A DNA stretch of 59,921 nt from Candidatus Pacearchaeota archaeon (GTDB lineage Archaea; Nanobdellota; Nanobdellia; Pacearchaeales; GW2011-AR1), in contig NZBT01000011.1 in assembly GCA_002688015.1 (NCBI GenBank), positions 1-59,921 of the forward strand, given 5' to 3'. The notes below the pieces were generated by a model. The model searched no databases. It was not told the origin of the DNA and saw nothing but the letters and a program-made list of their open reading frames with translations. The position numbers and the translations under genes are program-made. Shown piece after piece: positions 27,916 through 37,696 of the stretch. Positions within the stretch are counted from its first letter, which is position 1. Each line of letters begins with the position of its first letter.

Positions 27916-29310
27916 ATGGAAAAAATAAAACTTTACAATACATTAACAAAGAAGAAAGAAAAGTTCAAACCTCTCAAAAAAGGTAATGTGTCCATTTATT
28001 CATGTGGTCCAACAGTATATTGGTTCCAACATATTGGTAATTTAAGGACATACATCTTTACAGACATATTAAGAAAAACCTTTGAATTCAACAATTACAA
28101 AGTAAAACACGTAATAAATGTTACAGATGTTGGACATCTTGTCTCTGATTCTGACACAGGAGAAGATAAAATGGAAAGAGCAGCTAAAAAGGAAAAAAAA
28201 TCTGCAAAACAGATTGCTGATTTCTATTTCTCTTCTTTCTTAGAAGATCTAAAAAAGCTAAACATTTCTATGCCTTCAAAATGGCCAAAAGCAACAGAAC
28301 ACATTAAGGAGCAGATAGACATGATTCAAACTCTAGAAAAGAAAGGATACACTTACAAGACAAGTGATGGAATCTATTTCAATACAAAGAAATTCAAGTC
28401 CTACGGAAAGCTTTCAAATCTTAATATTTCCAAAATAAAGGCAGGCTCAAGAGTTTCTCTCAGAGAGAAGAAGAACACAACAGATTTCGCTCTCTGGAAA
28501 TTCTCTTCTCCAGAAGAAAAAAGACAACAAGAATGGCCTTCTCCTTGGGGTGTGGGCTTTCCCGGATGGCACATTGAATGTTCAGCGATGTCTACAAAAT
28601 ACCTCGGGAAGACGTTTGACATCCACACAGGAGGACAAGAACATATACAAGTTCATCACACAAATGAAATTGCTCAAAGCGAATGTTGCTACGGAAAAAG
28701 ATTCGTAAATTATTGGATGCACACTGCTTGGCTATTATCTCCCTCTGGTCAAAAAGTATCAAAATCTAAAGGCGGCCTTTACACTCTCTCTGAATTAGAA
28801 TCTTTAGGATATAAGGCAGAACATTTTCGATATTTAGCCCTACAAACACATTACAAAAAACCATTGAAATTCTCTCTAGAAAATTTAGATGCTGCTAAAA
28901 CGGCCTTTGAAAGACTAAAAAGCAAAATCATAACATTGAAGGATCAAAAGCACAAAGGCAAAGACAACAGTAAACCTTTTCTCTCAGCCTTCACCTCCGC
29001 TATAAACGAGGATCTAAACATTCCAAAAGCTCTTTCTATCTTTCTACAAGCTCTGGATGATTTCTCTTTCAATCCAAAAGATAAATTAAAACTCCTCAAA
29101 AAGTTTGACTTTGTATTATCATTAGGAATAGAAGATATGAAAGAATCATCTATTTCCCTTTCAAAGAAAGTAAAATCACTTGTCTCTGACAGAGAAGCAT
29201 TGAGAAAAGCAAAAAAATACGCAGAAGCAGACATAATCAGACAAAGAATTTTAGAACAAGGTTATGAAATCGAAGATTCTTCTGAAGGTACTAAACTGTC
29301 TAAGGTTTGA
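27916..29310 (+). CDS. cysS: Cysteine--tRNA ligase
   Basis: CGPTVY, HIGN, DFALWK, PGWHIECSAM, HHTNEIAQS, KVSKS. Confidence 0.97.
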   Translation: MEKIKLYNTLTKKKEKFKPLKKGNVSIYSCGPTVYWFQHIGNLRTYIFTDILRKTFEFNNYKVKHVINVTDVGHLVSDSDTGEDKMERAAKKEKKSAKQIADFYFSSFLEDLKKLNISMPSKWPKATEHIKEQIDMIQTLEKKGYTYKTSDGIYFNTKKFKSYGKLSNLNISKIKAGSRVSLREKKNTTDFALWKFSSPEEKRQQEWPSPWGVGFPGWHIECSAMSTKYLGKTFDIHTGGQEHIQVHHTNEIAQSECCYGKRFVNYWMHTAWLLSPSGQKVSKSKGGLYTLSELESLGYKAEHFRYLALQTHYKKPLKFSLENLDAAKTAFERLKSKIITLKDQKHKGKDNSKPFLSAFTSAINEDLNIPKALSIFLQALDDFSFNPKDKLKLLKKFDFVLSLGIEDMKESSISLSKKVKSLVSDREALRKAKKYAEADIIRQRILEQGYEIEDSSEGTKLSKV

Positions 29311-29726
29311 TCTGCTTCTCTATACCTACATTCTCTCGGCTTCTTACAAGCCTTACAAGAAAGAACCCCATACAACTCAGATTTCAAAGCATCATCTAAA
29401 TGATAAAGTTTAGCTATTTCTAACACTGGTTTTCTATTTCCACAGAACATGAATCTCGCACCGAGTCCATCCTTACTTATTCTTTCTCTGATACCTAAAA
29501 CTGCAGAAATTGCTGATGAACCAAAGTAACTAACGTCTTCACCGATCTTAATAACAACTAAATCAGTTCCTCTAACTTTTATGTAATCTAGAGCTTCATG
29601 AAATTGATTTATTGAATCATCTGTTGATCTAATATCCGTAGAAACATCAATAATGTAATGGGCTCCAACATCCCTCACTCTAAATCCTTCTCCAAAATTA
29701 ATCATCTTGCCTCTTTTAACAAACAA
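29262..29726 (-). CDS. STAS-like (anti-anti-sigma type) domain protein
   Basis: LVVIKIGEDVSYFGSSAISAVL resembles the STAS phospho-Ser loop; C-terminal CxxC..C. Confidence 0.5.
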   Translation of the reverse strand: MFVKRGKMINFGEGFRVRDVGAHYIIDVSTDIRSTDDSINQFHEALDYIKVRGTDLVVIKIGEDVSYFGSSAISAVLGIRERISKDGLGARFMFCGNRKPVLEIAKLYHLDDALKSELYGVLSCKACKKPRECRYREADQTLDSLVPSEESSIS

Positions 29727-29762
29727 TTAAATTAACTATATAAATTTTATTAATATTCAAAA

Positions 29763-30080
29763 TTAGTTTCTCTTCTTTCCTTTCCTAACAAATCTTCTGA
29801 AAAAACTAAATTCGGAAAGCAAATTTGGAATTGCCCACAGAATAGCAATAAATCCAATTAAAAATATGTAAATATAATATTCTTCAACTGTGTCTGTCAA
29901 AAATGGCTTTCCCGTAAATGAAAAGTAAATCAAAGCAATTCCAGCATAAGTTAATGCAAAAGCCAAAAACTTTTCAATAATTTCTCTCGGATCATCGATA
30001 ATCTTCTTCTCTATCAGAAGCACAGCTAAATAATAAATAACAAACAGAACTACAATAATAATATAACTTATTCCAGCCAT
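29763..30080 (-). CDS. Hypothetical membrane protein (3 TM)
   Basis: Three hydrophobic segments and a basic tail. Confidence 0.65.
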   Translation of the reverse strand: MAGISYIIIVVLFVIYYLAVLLIEKKIIDDPREIIEKFLAFALTYAGIALIYFSFTGKPFLTDTVEEYYIYIFLIGFIAILWAIPNLLSEFSFFRRFVRKGKKRN

Positions 30081-30122
30081 ACTATTTAGAATAACAAAAG
30101 AGAGTTATAAATCTAATGAAAA

Positions 30123-30205
30123 CGCCCAGAGCAGGATTCGAACCTGCGAATCCGTAAGGAAACATGCTCTCCAAGCATGCGCTTTAACCACTCAGCCATC
30201 TGGGC
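30123..30205 (-). tRNA. tRNA-Ser(GGA)
   Basis: Acceptor GCCCAGA/TCTGGGC, anticodon GGA, long variable arm, G73. Confidence 0.95.
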
Positions 30206-30299
30206 ATAATTATCAAAGAAATTTACTCCTTAAAAAGCTATTGTAAAATTAATTATCTAATTTAATTCTATTATGAATATTGACTTCTCCAAACTCATT

Positions 30300-30731
30300 T
30301 CAACTTCTCCCAGTAGAATGGAATCCTTTCTCTCCTCTTCCACTTTCATTAAGTTTATCGATCTTCTCAAATTCTGCTTGAAATGAAGGAACAATTAAAC
30401 CTTGAATTATCCTATCTCCTTTCTTTACTTCAAAATCCTCTTCAGTGGTATTATGGAGAACTACTTTGAATTCTCCCCTATAATCGGAGTCTATAACTCC
30501 TGCAAACTTTGTTATACCCTTGACTCCAATTCCAGATCTATCCCAAAACTGAACACAATATCCTTTAGGAAGCTCCATATGCACTCCAGTTCCAATCAAA
30601 GCAGTTTCCTTTGGCTTTATCGTCCTATCCTCCACAGAATGCAAATCAAAGCCTGCGGCTTCTTCACTCCCATAAAAAGGCATCTTAGCATCGGAATGAT
30701 TTAAATTAACTTTAACACCTATTTTTTCCAT
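30300..30731 (-). CDS. dut: dUTP diphosphatase (trimeric)
   Basis: AAGFDL, DRSG, GVIDSDYRGE, GDRIIQ, RGEKGFHSTG. Confidence 0.96.
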   Translation of the reverse strand: MEKIGVKVNLNHSDAKMPFYGSEEAAGFDLHSVEDRTIKPKETALIGTGVHMELPKGYCVQFWDRSGIGVKGITKFAGVIDSDYRGEFKVVLHNTTEEDFEVKKGDRIIQGLIVPSFQAEFEKIDKLNESGRGEKGFHSTGRS

Positions 30732-30815
30732 AGCCTTCCCTGTCTTTCACAATATAAAACATTTACTATATCAAATCACAACAATCCTTAAAAATTAGTA
30801 TATCATAAAAATCTA

Positions 30816-31898
30816 ATGATTGACGAAGCCAAATATCAAGAGGAGTGTCTTGCTCTCAGAAGAGAGATGGAACATCCAGAACAGCAATACCTTAACTTAT
30901 TAAGAGAAGTTAAGACTCATGGATCTACAAAAGAAGATTACTCTTCTAAAGGAAAAAGGACAATAAAATCTGTTTTTGGTAAACAGTCTCGTTATGATCT
31001 CTCGGACGAAACCCTTCCCTTACTAACAACGAAAAAAGTTTTCTTTAAAGGAATTGTTCACGAACTCGTGTGGTTTCTAAGAGGAGAAACAAACATAAAA
31101 TATCTTGCAGATAATAACGTTCACATCTGGGACGACTGGCCTTATAAAGAATACAAAAAAGCAATAGATGCGAAAACTGAAGAACCTCTAAATCAAAAAG
31201 AATTCATAGAAAAAATAAAAGGCCTGTCTGCAGACGATCCTTTTGTAACAAAATGGGGGGAGCTTGGACCAATATATGGAAGACAATGGAGAAAATGGAA
31301 AGCTGGAGATGGCAGAGAAATAGATCAACTAAAATGGGCATTATGGAAAGTCCAAAAATATCCAGACAGAAAACACGCCCTTGTTTCCGCATGGAATCCT
31401 GAATTTATTTACGAGATGTCTACTCCAGGAACATCAATGGCAATACCTCCTTGTCACACATTATTTCATCTAAATTCATCAGATGAAAAATTATCATTAC
31501 TGTTATATCAAAGGTCTTGCGACTCTTTCCTAGGAGTTCCATTTAATATTGCCTCTTATTCAATGTTAACTGTTGCTCTCGCTCAACTATCTGGGCTCAA
31601 GCCCGGAGAATTCATTCACACATATGGAGATTTCCATATTTATGATAATCATTTTGATCAAGTCGAAGAACAAATATCAAGAGATCCGAGACCCTTCCCA
31701 AAATTCAGATTTAATCCTGACAGAACAAGTTTGGATGAAATTGTTTTTGAAGATTTTCAAATAGAAGATTATAAATCTCACCCAGCCATAAAAGCAGATA
31801 TAACTGTTGTTGGAGGATTTGATGAAAAAGACAGAGAGGAAATTCAAAAAAAATCAGACCTTTTAACTAGAGATCAGGCATTAAGAAAATCTAAATAA
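30816..31898 (+). CDS. thyA: Thymidylate synthase
   Basis: PLLTTKKVF, ELVWFLRG, LGPIYGRQWR, SAWNP, PPCH, YQRSCD, PFNIASY, HIYDNH. Confidence 0.97.
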   Translation: MIDEAKYQEECLALRREMEHPEQQYLNLLREVKTHGSTKEDYSSKGKRTIKSVFGKQSRYDLSDETLPLLTTKKVFFKGIVHELVWFLRGETNIKYLADNNVHIWDDWPYKEYKKAIDAKTEEPLNQKEFIEKIKGLSADDPFVTKWGELGPIYGRQWRKWKAGDGREIDQLKWALWKVQKYPDRKHALVSAWNPEFIYEMSTPGTSMAIPPCHTLFHLNSSDEKLSLLLYQRSCDSFLGVPFNIASYSMLTVALAQLSGLKPGEFIHTYGDFHIYDNHFDQVEEQISRDPRPFPKFRFNPDRTSLDEIVFEDFQIEDYKSHPAIKADITVVGGFDEKDREEIQKKSDLLTRDQALRKSK

Positions 31899-32331
31899 TC
31901 CCTAACTTCTCAAACCAATATTTTGCAGTTCCTTCCAAATCTAACTCTTTTATCTCTTCAGAACTGAACCAATCACAAGATTCAACTTCTTTTTCATTTG
32001 AATTCATTTCCCCAGAAACCTCGCAACTATAAATTTTCCAATAATGACAGTCAGCACCTTTGTTACAGGAGTAATCCTTTAACTCTCCCTCTCCAATCAA
32101 TTTCTTTTCAACAACATCAAAACCACTTTCTTCCTTAACTTCCCTAATAATCGCCTCATCACTATCTTCTCCCTCATCAACATGTCCCATAATAAAAGAA
32201 TATCCTTTTGGAAAAGTTGCCCTCTTAATTAGAAAATACTTCCCTTCTTTTTCAATAAACGCAGCAACACCATAATGCATTAATTTCCCTTCAGAATTTT
32301 TCCCAATTTTTATGGAAGACATTTCCATCAC
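31891..32331 (-). CDS. NUDIX hydrolase
   Basis: Nudix box GHVDEGEDSDEAIIREVKEESG. Confidence 0.92.
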   Translation of the reverse strand: MMEMSSIKIGKNSEGKLMHYGVAAFIEKEGKYFLIKRATFPKGYSFIMGHVDEGEDSDEAIIREVKEESGFDVVEKKLIGEGELKDYSCNKGADCHYWKIYSCEVSGEMNSNEKEVESCDWFSSEEIKELDLEGTAKYWFEKLGII

Positions 32332-32636
32332 TCTTTCATTTCAATCTTAATCTGTACACTTCTTGGAATTTGTAATTTCATGATTGGATGTAAAATCCTA
32401 TCTTCAGCAGGAATATCTAAAATTCTTCTGTGAACACGCATCTCAAATCTATCAAATGTAGCAGTTCCGTCTCCACAAGGACTCTTTCTTGTAGTTACTT
32501 TTAACTTCCTAGTTGGTAAAGGTATTGGGCCTCTCATAACAACTCCAGCTCTACTAGTAATTTCCTTAACAGAACCTATAACCTCGTTTAACTGCGCAAT
32601 ATCAATGCTACTTAGTTTTATTCTTACTTTTGCCAT
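32328..32636 (-). CDS. rps10: 30S ribosomal protein S10 (uS10)
   Basis: GPIPLPTRKL, RKSPCGDG, FEMRVHRR. Confidence 0.97.
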   Translation of the reverse strand: MAKVRIKLSSIDIAQLNEVIGSVKEITSRAGVVMRGPIPLPTRKLKVTTRKSPCGDGTATFDRFEMRVHRRILDIPAEDRILHPIMKLQIPRSVQIKIEMKE

Positions 32637-32709
32637 CTTAATACTCCTTGAGTTTGAGAGACAGGGATTTTCCTGATCTCTGTATGAGTCATTCAGAAAA
32701 AATCACTTT

Positions 32710-32797
32710 AAAAAGCTTGCTATGCGAATGGGTGAAGCCTGAAGCGCCGCGTGTGCCTCAGGCTTCGTCACCTCAGCCTAAGCGAGGTGAATATGAT
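32710..32797 (-). ncRNA. Candidate two-hairpin small RNA
   Basis: GC-rich island ~30 nt after TTTTTATA (32826); stems TCACCTC/GAGGTGA and a 12-bp GAAGCCTGAGGC/GCTTCAGGCTTC; a G-U pair favours the minus strand. Confidence 0.6.
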
Positions 32798-32898
32798 ACA
32801 AATAACAAAAAATGTCCCTATAAAAACCTATTTAAAACGCAATTCATTTACTACTCTACCTTTATGAAAGAATTTATAAAAAAAAGAGGTAAAAAGTA

Positions 32899-34590
32899 AT
32901 GGCAGAACAAATCTTAATCGCGTTAAGCTTAATCATCGGTTTAGCTGCAATTCTAACAATTCTTGGAAGAATGATTAAACAACCTCCAATTATCGCATAT
33001 ATACTAACAGGAATTCTCGCAGGCCCATTACTCTTCGGACTAATACTCCCTGAACAAGCATCTTCTCAAATGATACAAACCTTCTCACACATCGGTGTTG
33101 CCTTCTTATTGTTCATTGTAGGCCTTTCTCTTGATTTAAAAGTCCTAAAAGAGGTCGGAGCAGTTTCAACAGTAACAGGAATAGGAGGAATAATCATAAC
33201 AGTTCTAGCAGGATACTTCATAGCTATTGGATTAGGATTCCAAAGCATTCCAGCACTTTACATTGCATTCGCTATATCATTCTCATCTACTGTTGTAGTA
33301 GTTAAACTCCTTTCTGACAAAAGAGAAATGGACACATTACATGCAAGAATTGCTTTAGGTATTCTAATTATTCAAGACTTTGTTGCCGCCTTAGCCTTAC
33401 TAATACTACCTATAATGCAAGACGCAAACGTAAACACCATATTATTTCAAATAGGAAAAATTGTAGGATTGGTAATTTTAATCTTCTTATTCGCTAAAAT
33501 TTTCGTAAAACGCCTCCTAGACTATTTAGCGACAAACCAAGAAGTTCTATTCTTATTTGGAATTGCATGGGCCTTAATAATTGCAAGCCTATTCGATTAT
33601 CTCGGCTTGTCTTTAGAAGTCGGGGCACTAATTGCAGGAATCTCCATTGCTTCGTCTAAATATACTCTAGAACTTGGAGGAAAAATAAAACCTCTTCGTG
33701 ACTTCTTTGTAATTCTATTCTTCATTTTCTTCGGAAGTCAATTAACAGAGCCCATAACCTCTTCTGTCTTAAAAAGTGCAGTAATTATTTCTGCATTTGT
33801 CTTAATAGGAAAACCATTAATAACAATGACTTTCATGAGAATTTTTGGATACAAGAAGCGTACTAACTTTCTAACAGGATCAAGTCTCGCTCAAATTTCT
33901 GAATTCTCCTTAATACTGATTCTATTAGGATTTGGCCTAGGACACTTATCAAAAGAAGTTATGAGTTTAGCAATTCTTGTTGCCCTAATAACAATTACAA
34001 TAAGTAGTTATGGAATTCACCATTCAACAGGCATTTTCAACAGAATATCTTTCATCCTAAATCCATTTGAAGGGAAAAGAGAAGAAATAGAAACAAAACC
34101 AAAGTTTCCTGCAGAAATAGTTCTATTTGGATATAATAGAACAGGTTACAGCCTTGTAAATACATTCAAGAAGCTAGGCTACAAATTCATAGTAGTTGAT
34201 TACAATCCAAGAGTAATATCTAATCTTTTAAAGAGAGGAATAAACGCAGTTTATGGAGATGCATCTGATGAAGAATTTGTCAAAGAATTAAGATTGGCAA
34301 GAGCAAGATTAGTTGTTTCTACAATCCAAGATGTAGGTTCCAACATAGTAATAAAAGATAGATTAAGTGAAGTTAACTCCAAAGCTCTTTTCATAGCAAC
34401 TGCAGAACATGGTTCTGAAGCAAAAAGATTATACCAATCAGGAATCGACTATGTTCTTTTGCCTCATATGCTTGGAGGAGAATATGCCTCAAAGCTAATT
34501 GAAAAATTCAAAACTTCTCCAAACAGATATCAAGAGTTAAAGAAAAAACAATTGAAAGAGATAAAAATAAGAGAAAAAGAACAAGGATAA
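32899..34590 (+). CDS. CPA2/Kef-type cation:proton antiporter with TrkA-N (RCK) domain
   Basis: Multiple TMs, SSTVVVVKLL, GILIIQD, AQISEFS; C-terminal GYNRTG and VYGDA. Confidence 0.93.
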   Translation: MAEQILIALSLIIGLAAILTILGRMIKQPPIIAYILTGILAGPLLFGLILPEQASSQMIQTFSHIGVAFLLFIVGLSLDLKVLKEVGAVSTVTGIGGIIITVLAGYFIAIGLGFQSIPALYIAFAISFSSTVVVVKLLSDKREMDTLHARIALGILIIQDFVAALALLILPIMQDANVNTILFQIGKIVGLVILIFLFAKIFVKRLLDYLATNQEVLFLFGIAWALIIASLFDYLGLSLEVGALIAGISIASSKYTLELGGKIKPLRDFFVILFFIFFGSQLTEPITSSVLKSAVIISAFVLIGKPLITMTFMRIFGYKKRTNFLTGSSLAQISEFSLILILLGFGLGHLSKEVMSLAILVALITITISSYGIHHSTGIFNRISFILNPFEGKREEIETKPKFPAEIVLFGYNRTGYSLVNTFKKLGYKFIVVDYNPRVISNLLKRGINAVYGDASDEEFVKELRLARARLVVSTIQDVGSNIVIKDRLSEVNSKALFIATAEHGSEAKRLYQSGIDYVLLPHMLGGEYASKLIEKFKTSPNRYQELKKKQLKEIKIREKEQG

Positions 34591-34594
34591 CCTT

Positions 34595-35236
34595 TTAAAC
34601 AGGCCCAGGTTCTCCACTTCTCGAAAAAGATCTTACTGTACTTCCCAATCTCAAAATAATTTCAACTACAAATATAACAAAAAAGAAAGCGAAAACCTGA
34701 TCAAACAATATTCCTAACCCAGCAGCCCTCAGAAAAACCCCTTCCAAATTAAACGCTCCAGGAGACAATAAGAATATACTTAATGTAATAAATGGAAACA
34801 ACTTTGCTAAATCTTGAGCAATCTCTTTATGAACATAAGCCAAAATCCTTATCGCTCCAATCAAAACAGCTGATAAAAACAAAACCCCTTGAACACTCTG
34901 CTGATCTGCTATAACTAAGATAATGAAAGCCAGAGCTGTAAACCACACCAAAATCAAAAACGGCATTACTAAAATGTATTCTATAAAATACAACATAACT
35001 GCTAAAATCTTACTAATAGTGGGATGCTCAGAGCGATTATATTTATATAAATTTAAAGTTATAAGATCCTTTTGACTTAGGCTTTTATAAAAATACCATA
35101 TAAACAAAGCAACTATAACAACTAAAATCATTGCTAAAATCAAAGTAATGAATGAGGTCCAACTTTCAGGAAAGATTCCCAAAATACTTTGATAAACCTT
35201 AAAAAGCCCTTCAAAAAGAGATTCTGTCGCCCCCAT
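34595..35236 (-). CDS. Hypothetical membrane protein
   Basis: About 5 TM segments; leaderless start. Confidence 0.7.
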   Translation of the reverse strand: MGATESLFEGLFKVYQSILGIFPESWTSFITLILAMILVVIVALFIWYFYKSLSQKDLITLNLYKYNRSEHPTISKILAVMLYFIEYILVMPFLILVWFTALAFIILVIADQQSVQGVLFLSAVLIGAIRILAYVHKEIAQDLAKLFPFITLSIFLLSPGAFNLEGVFLRAAGLGILFDQVFAFFFVIFVVEIILRLGSTVRSFSRSGEPGPV

Positions 35237-35286
35237 TTTAAAACGAAGCCAATAAGGTTTAAATAACTATTCCTTTTATTATTCAT

Positions 35287-36600
35287 ATGATAGATATCAA
35301 ACTAATTCGTGAAAATCCAGACTTAGTTAAGAAAAATATAAAGAAGAAATTCCAAGATGAAAAGCTTTCCCTAGTAGATGAAGTAAAGACCTCTGACTCC
35401 AAATGGCGTTCTCTAAAAGCAAAAGCAGATAAATTAAGGCAAGAAAGGAATTCCATCTCCAAAGAAATCAGTGAAGCAAAAAAATCTAAAGATAATAAAA
35501 AAGCCTCTGAATTATTAAAAAAAGCCAAACTTATTCCAAAGAAGATAGAATATCTTGAAACCCAAACAAAAGCTCTACAAACAGAAATATCAGAGATTAT
35601 GAAAAAAATTCCAAACATAATTCATGAATCTGTTCCAATAGGAAAATCTGATAAAGATAATGTAGAAAGAGAAAAAATTGGAGTTCCCAAAAAATTAACA
35701 TTCCCAATAAAAGGTCATGCAGAACTTGGAGAATCTCTTGGCGTTCTAGATTTTGACACTTCTGCTGAAACTTCTGGAAATGGATTTTATTACATAAAGG
35801 GTGATTTAGCTCTTCTAAATCAAGCATTAATAAGTTACGCTCGTGATTTTATGACTTCAAAAGGATATGAATACGTAGAGCCACCCCTAATGATAAGAAA
35901 AAAGGTCCTCGATGGGGTCTATTCAAAAGCGGAAATAGATCAAATGTCTTATAAAGTACAAGATGAGGATCTTTACTTAATTGCAACTTCAGAACATCCT
36001 TTAATTGGGATGTTTATTGGGAGAACACTAAATCAAAAAGAGCTCCCTATCAAAATAACAGGATATAGCATGTGCTTTAGAAAGGAAATTGGATCTCATG
36101 GAATAGATGAAAAAGGAATTTTTAGAACGCATCAATTTAACAAGCAAGAAATGATAGTTATTTGTAAACCAGAAGATTCATACAAATATTATGATGAACT
36201 CTTAAATCTTTCAAAAGAACTTTTCAAAAAATTGAAAATCCCAATAAGAGAACTTGAATCTTGTTCTGCTGATCTCTCTGATCTTAAAGCGAAAGGTGCA
36301 GATCTAGAGGCTTTCTCCCCTCGACAAAAGAAATACTTCGAAATAACTTCTGTAACAAACATGGAAGCAGCACAAGCTCGTCGATTAGGAATCAAATTCG
36401 TAGATAAAGATGGACAAAAAGTATTTGCACATACATTAAACAACACAGCAATAGCAACTTCTCGTGCCCTAGTAGCAATAATGGAAAACAATCAAACTCG
36501 GGATGGAGACATCAAAATCCCTGCTATTCTTCAAAAATACATGGGCGGGAAAAAGGTAATTGAATCTAAAAAACCAGAAAAGCCAAAGAAAAAGAAATAA
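35287..36600 (+). CDS. serS: Serine--tRNA ligase
   Basis: MIDIKLIREN, IATSEHP, FRKEIG, RTHQFNKQE, EITSVTN, HTLNNT. Confidence 0.97.
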   Translation: MIDIKLIRENPDLVKKNIKKKFQDEKLSLVDEVKTSDSKWRSLKAKADKLRQERNSISKEISEAKKSKDNKKASELLKKAKLIPKKIEYLETQTKALQTEISEIMKKIPNIIHESVPIGKSDKDNVEREKIGVPKKLTFPIKGHAELGESLGVLDFDTSAETSGNGFYYIKGDLALLNQALISYARDFMTSKGYEYVEPPLMIRKKVLDGVYSKAEIDQMSYKVQDEDLYLIATSEHPLIGMFIGRTLNQKELPIKITGYSMCFRKEIGSHGIDEKGIFRTHQFNKQEMIVICKPEDSYKYYDELLNLSKELFKKLKIPIRELESCSADLSDLKAKGADLEAFSPRQKKYFEITSVTNMEAAQARRLGIKFVDKDGQKVFAHTLNNTAIATSRALVAIMENNQTRDGDIKIPAILQKYMGGKKVIESKKPEKPKKKK

Positions 36601-36664
36601 CTACATAACTTTCTTCATAAAAACTCAAATATCAAATAGAGATTAAAAACCTTGCTCTACGCTG

Positions 36665-37036
36665 TTAATCTCTTTCTACACTAAGAGAATTCTTAGCACT
36701 TAAAATAACAACTCTATTCGGCACTTCTCTTTTTATTGCTCTATCTAAAGTGGCAATATAAGCTCCCCCTCTCCCCTTCTGAATAAGCCCTTCATCAACT
36801 GTTCTTCCCCCAATCCTTGTTTTCTTAACTCTTCTATCATCCAAAATCTGCATAGCTAATTCAATAGCAACTCTTCCATCTCTCCCAACTTTACTATCTT
36901 TCTTCAAATCCTTAAGCTCTTGAGAAACCCCTAAAGGAATTTTAATCCTAAATCCTAAATTCCCAAGCTCCTCGATAAAGTTAATTTTCCTCTTAATACA
37001 GGAAATTATAAAATTAGTATCCAAAAGCACTTCCAT
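36665..37036 (-). CDS. PIN-domain protein (Fcf1/Utp24-like)
   Basis: VLLDTNF, QEL, TVDEGL, IATLD. Confidence 0.85.
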   Translation of the reverse strand: MEVLLDTNFIISCIKRKINFIEELGNLGFRIKIPLGVSQELKDLKKDSKVGRDGRVAIELAMQILDDRRVKKTRIGGRTVDEGLIQKGRGGAYIATLDRAIKREVPNRVVILSAKNSLSVERD

Positions 37037-37129
37037 AAGTTTGTTAGATTATTAAAGTATAAAAACATAACTGTATGCTCATAAAGATTCTAAAGGAATC
37101 TTTATATAATATCTTTAACATTCATAATC

Positions 37130-37696
37130 ATGAAATTACCAAAAGAGGAATGTGAAAATGCTGCATTTGTATTAGAAAAAACAATTAAAGCTCTAAAAAA
37201 GAAAGATGCTCCCGCTCTCAAATCTCTTTCTGATAAAACAATTCATTCTTCATGCACATACCAAGATTCAGGAACAACAACTTCTGCTGTCTTAATCTAT
37301 GCTCTTTCAAAGATAATTGAACGTGAAGATTATAAAAAAATGATAGACTGGGACAAATTTGAAAAAAAAGCCATTGACTTATTCAACCTTGCAATAGACG
37401 CTCTCAAAAAAAACAAACACGAAGCCTATGAAAAATATATACTACAAACAAGAAAACTCTTAGAACAAACTGCAGGATCTCTAAAGGATTATATAAAAGA
37501 AGTTTTAAGAAAATCCTCCATAAATAAGGCTTCTAAGTTATACGAGCACGGAATCTCCTCAGAACAAACCGCACATCTTCTAGGACTAAGTCAATGGGAA
37601 ATTGCAGAATATCTCGGTACAAAAACAGAGATAAAACAAAAAGAAAAAATAACAATTGAAAAGAGGGCAAAGATTGCTTTGCAATTTTTCTCTTAA
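37130..37696 (+). CDS. Hypothetical protein with a C-terminal HTH-like motif
   Basis: LYEHGISSEQTAHLLGLSQWE; adjacent to a PIN gene. Confidence 0.7.
   Translation: MKLPKEECENAAFVLEKTIKALKKKDAPALKSLSDKTIHSSCTYQDSGTTTSAVLIYALSKIIEREDYKKMIDWDKFEKKAIDLFNLAIDALKKNKHEAYEKYILQTRKLLEQTAGSLKDYIKEVLRKSSINKASKLYEHGISSEQTAHLLGLSQWEIAEYLGTKTEIKQKEKITIEKRAKIALQFFS

Noticed and set aside
32721-32790. HDV-like or hammerhead ribozyme, or SRP RNA
   Set aside because: GCGAATGGG resembles the HDV J4/2 strand, but the nested pseudoknot is absent. There is no CUGANGA/GAAA core and no SRP helix 8 motif.
32648-32899. 83-aa ORF upstream of the antiporter
   Set aside because: TTG start, crosses promoters and the structured RNA candidate. 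At most the last 11 codons (ATG at 32864, TAATG overlap) could be a short uORF.
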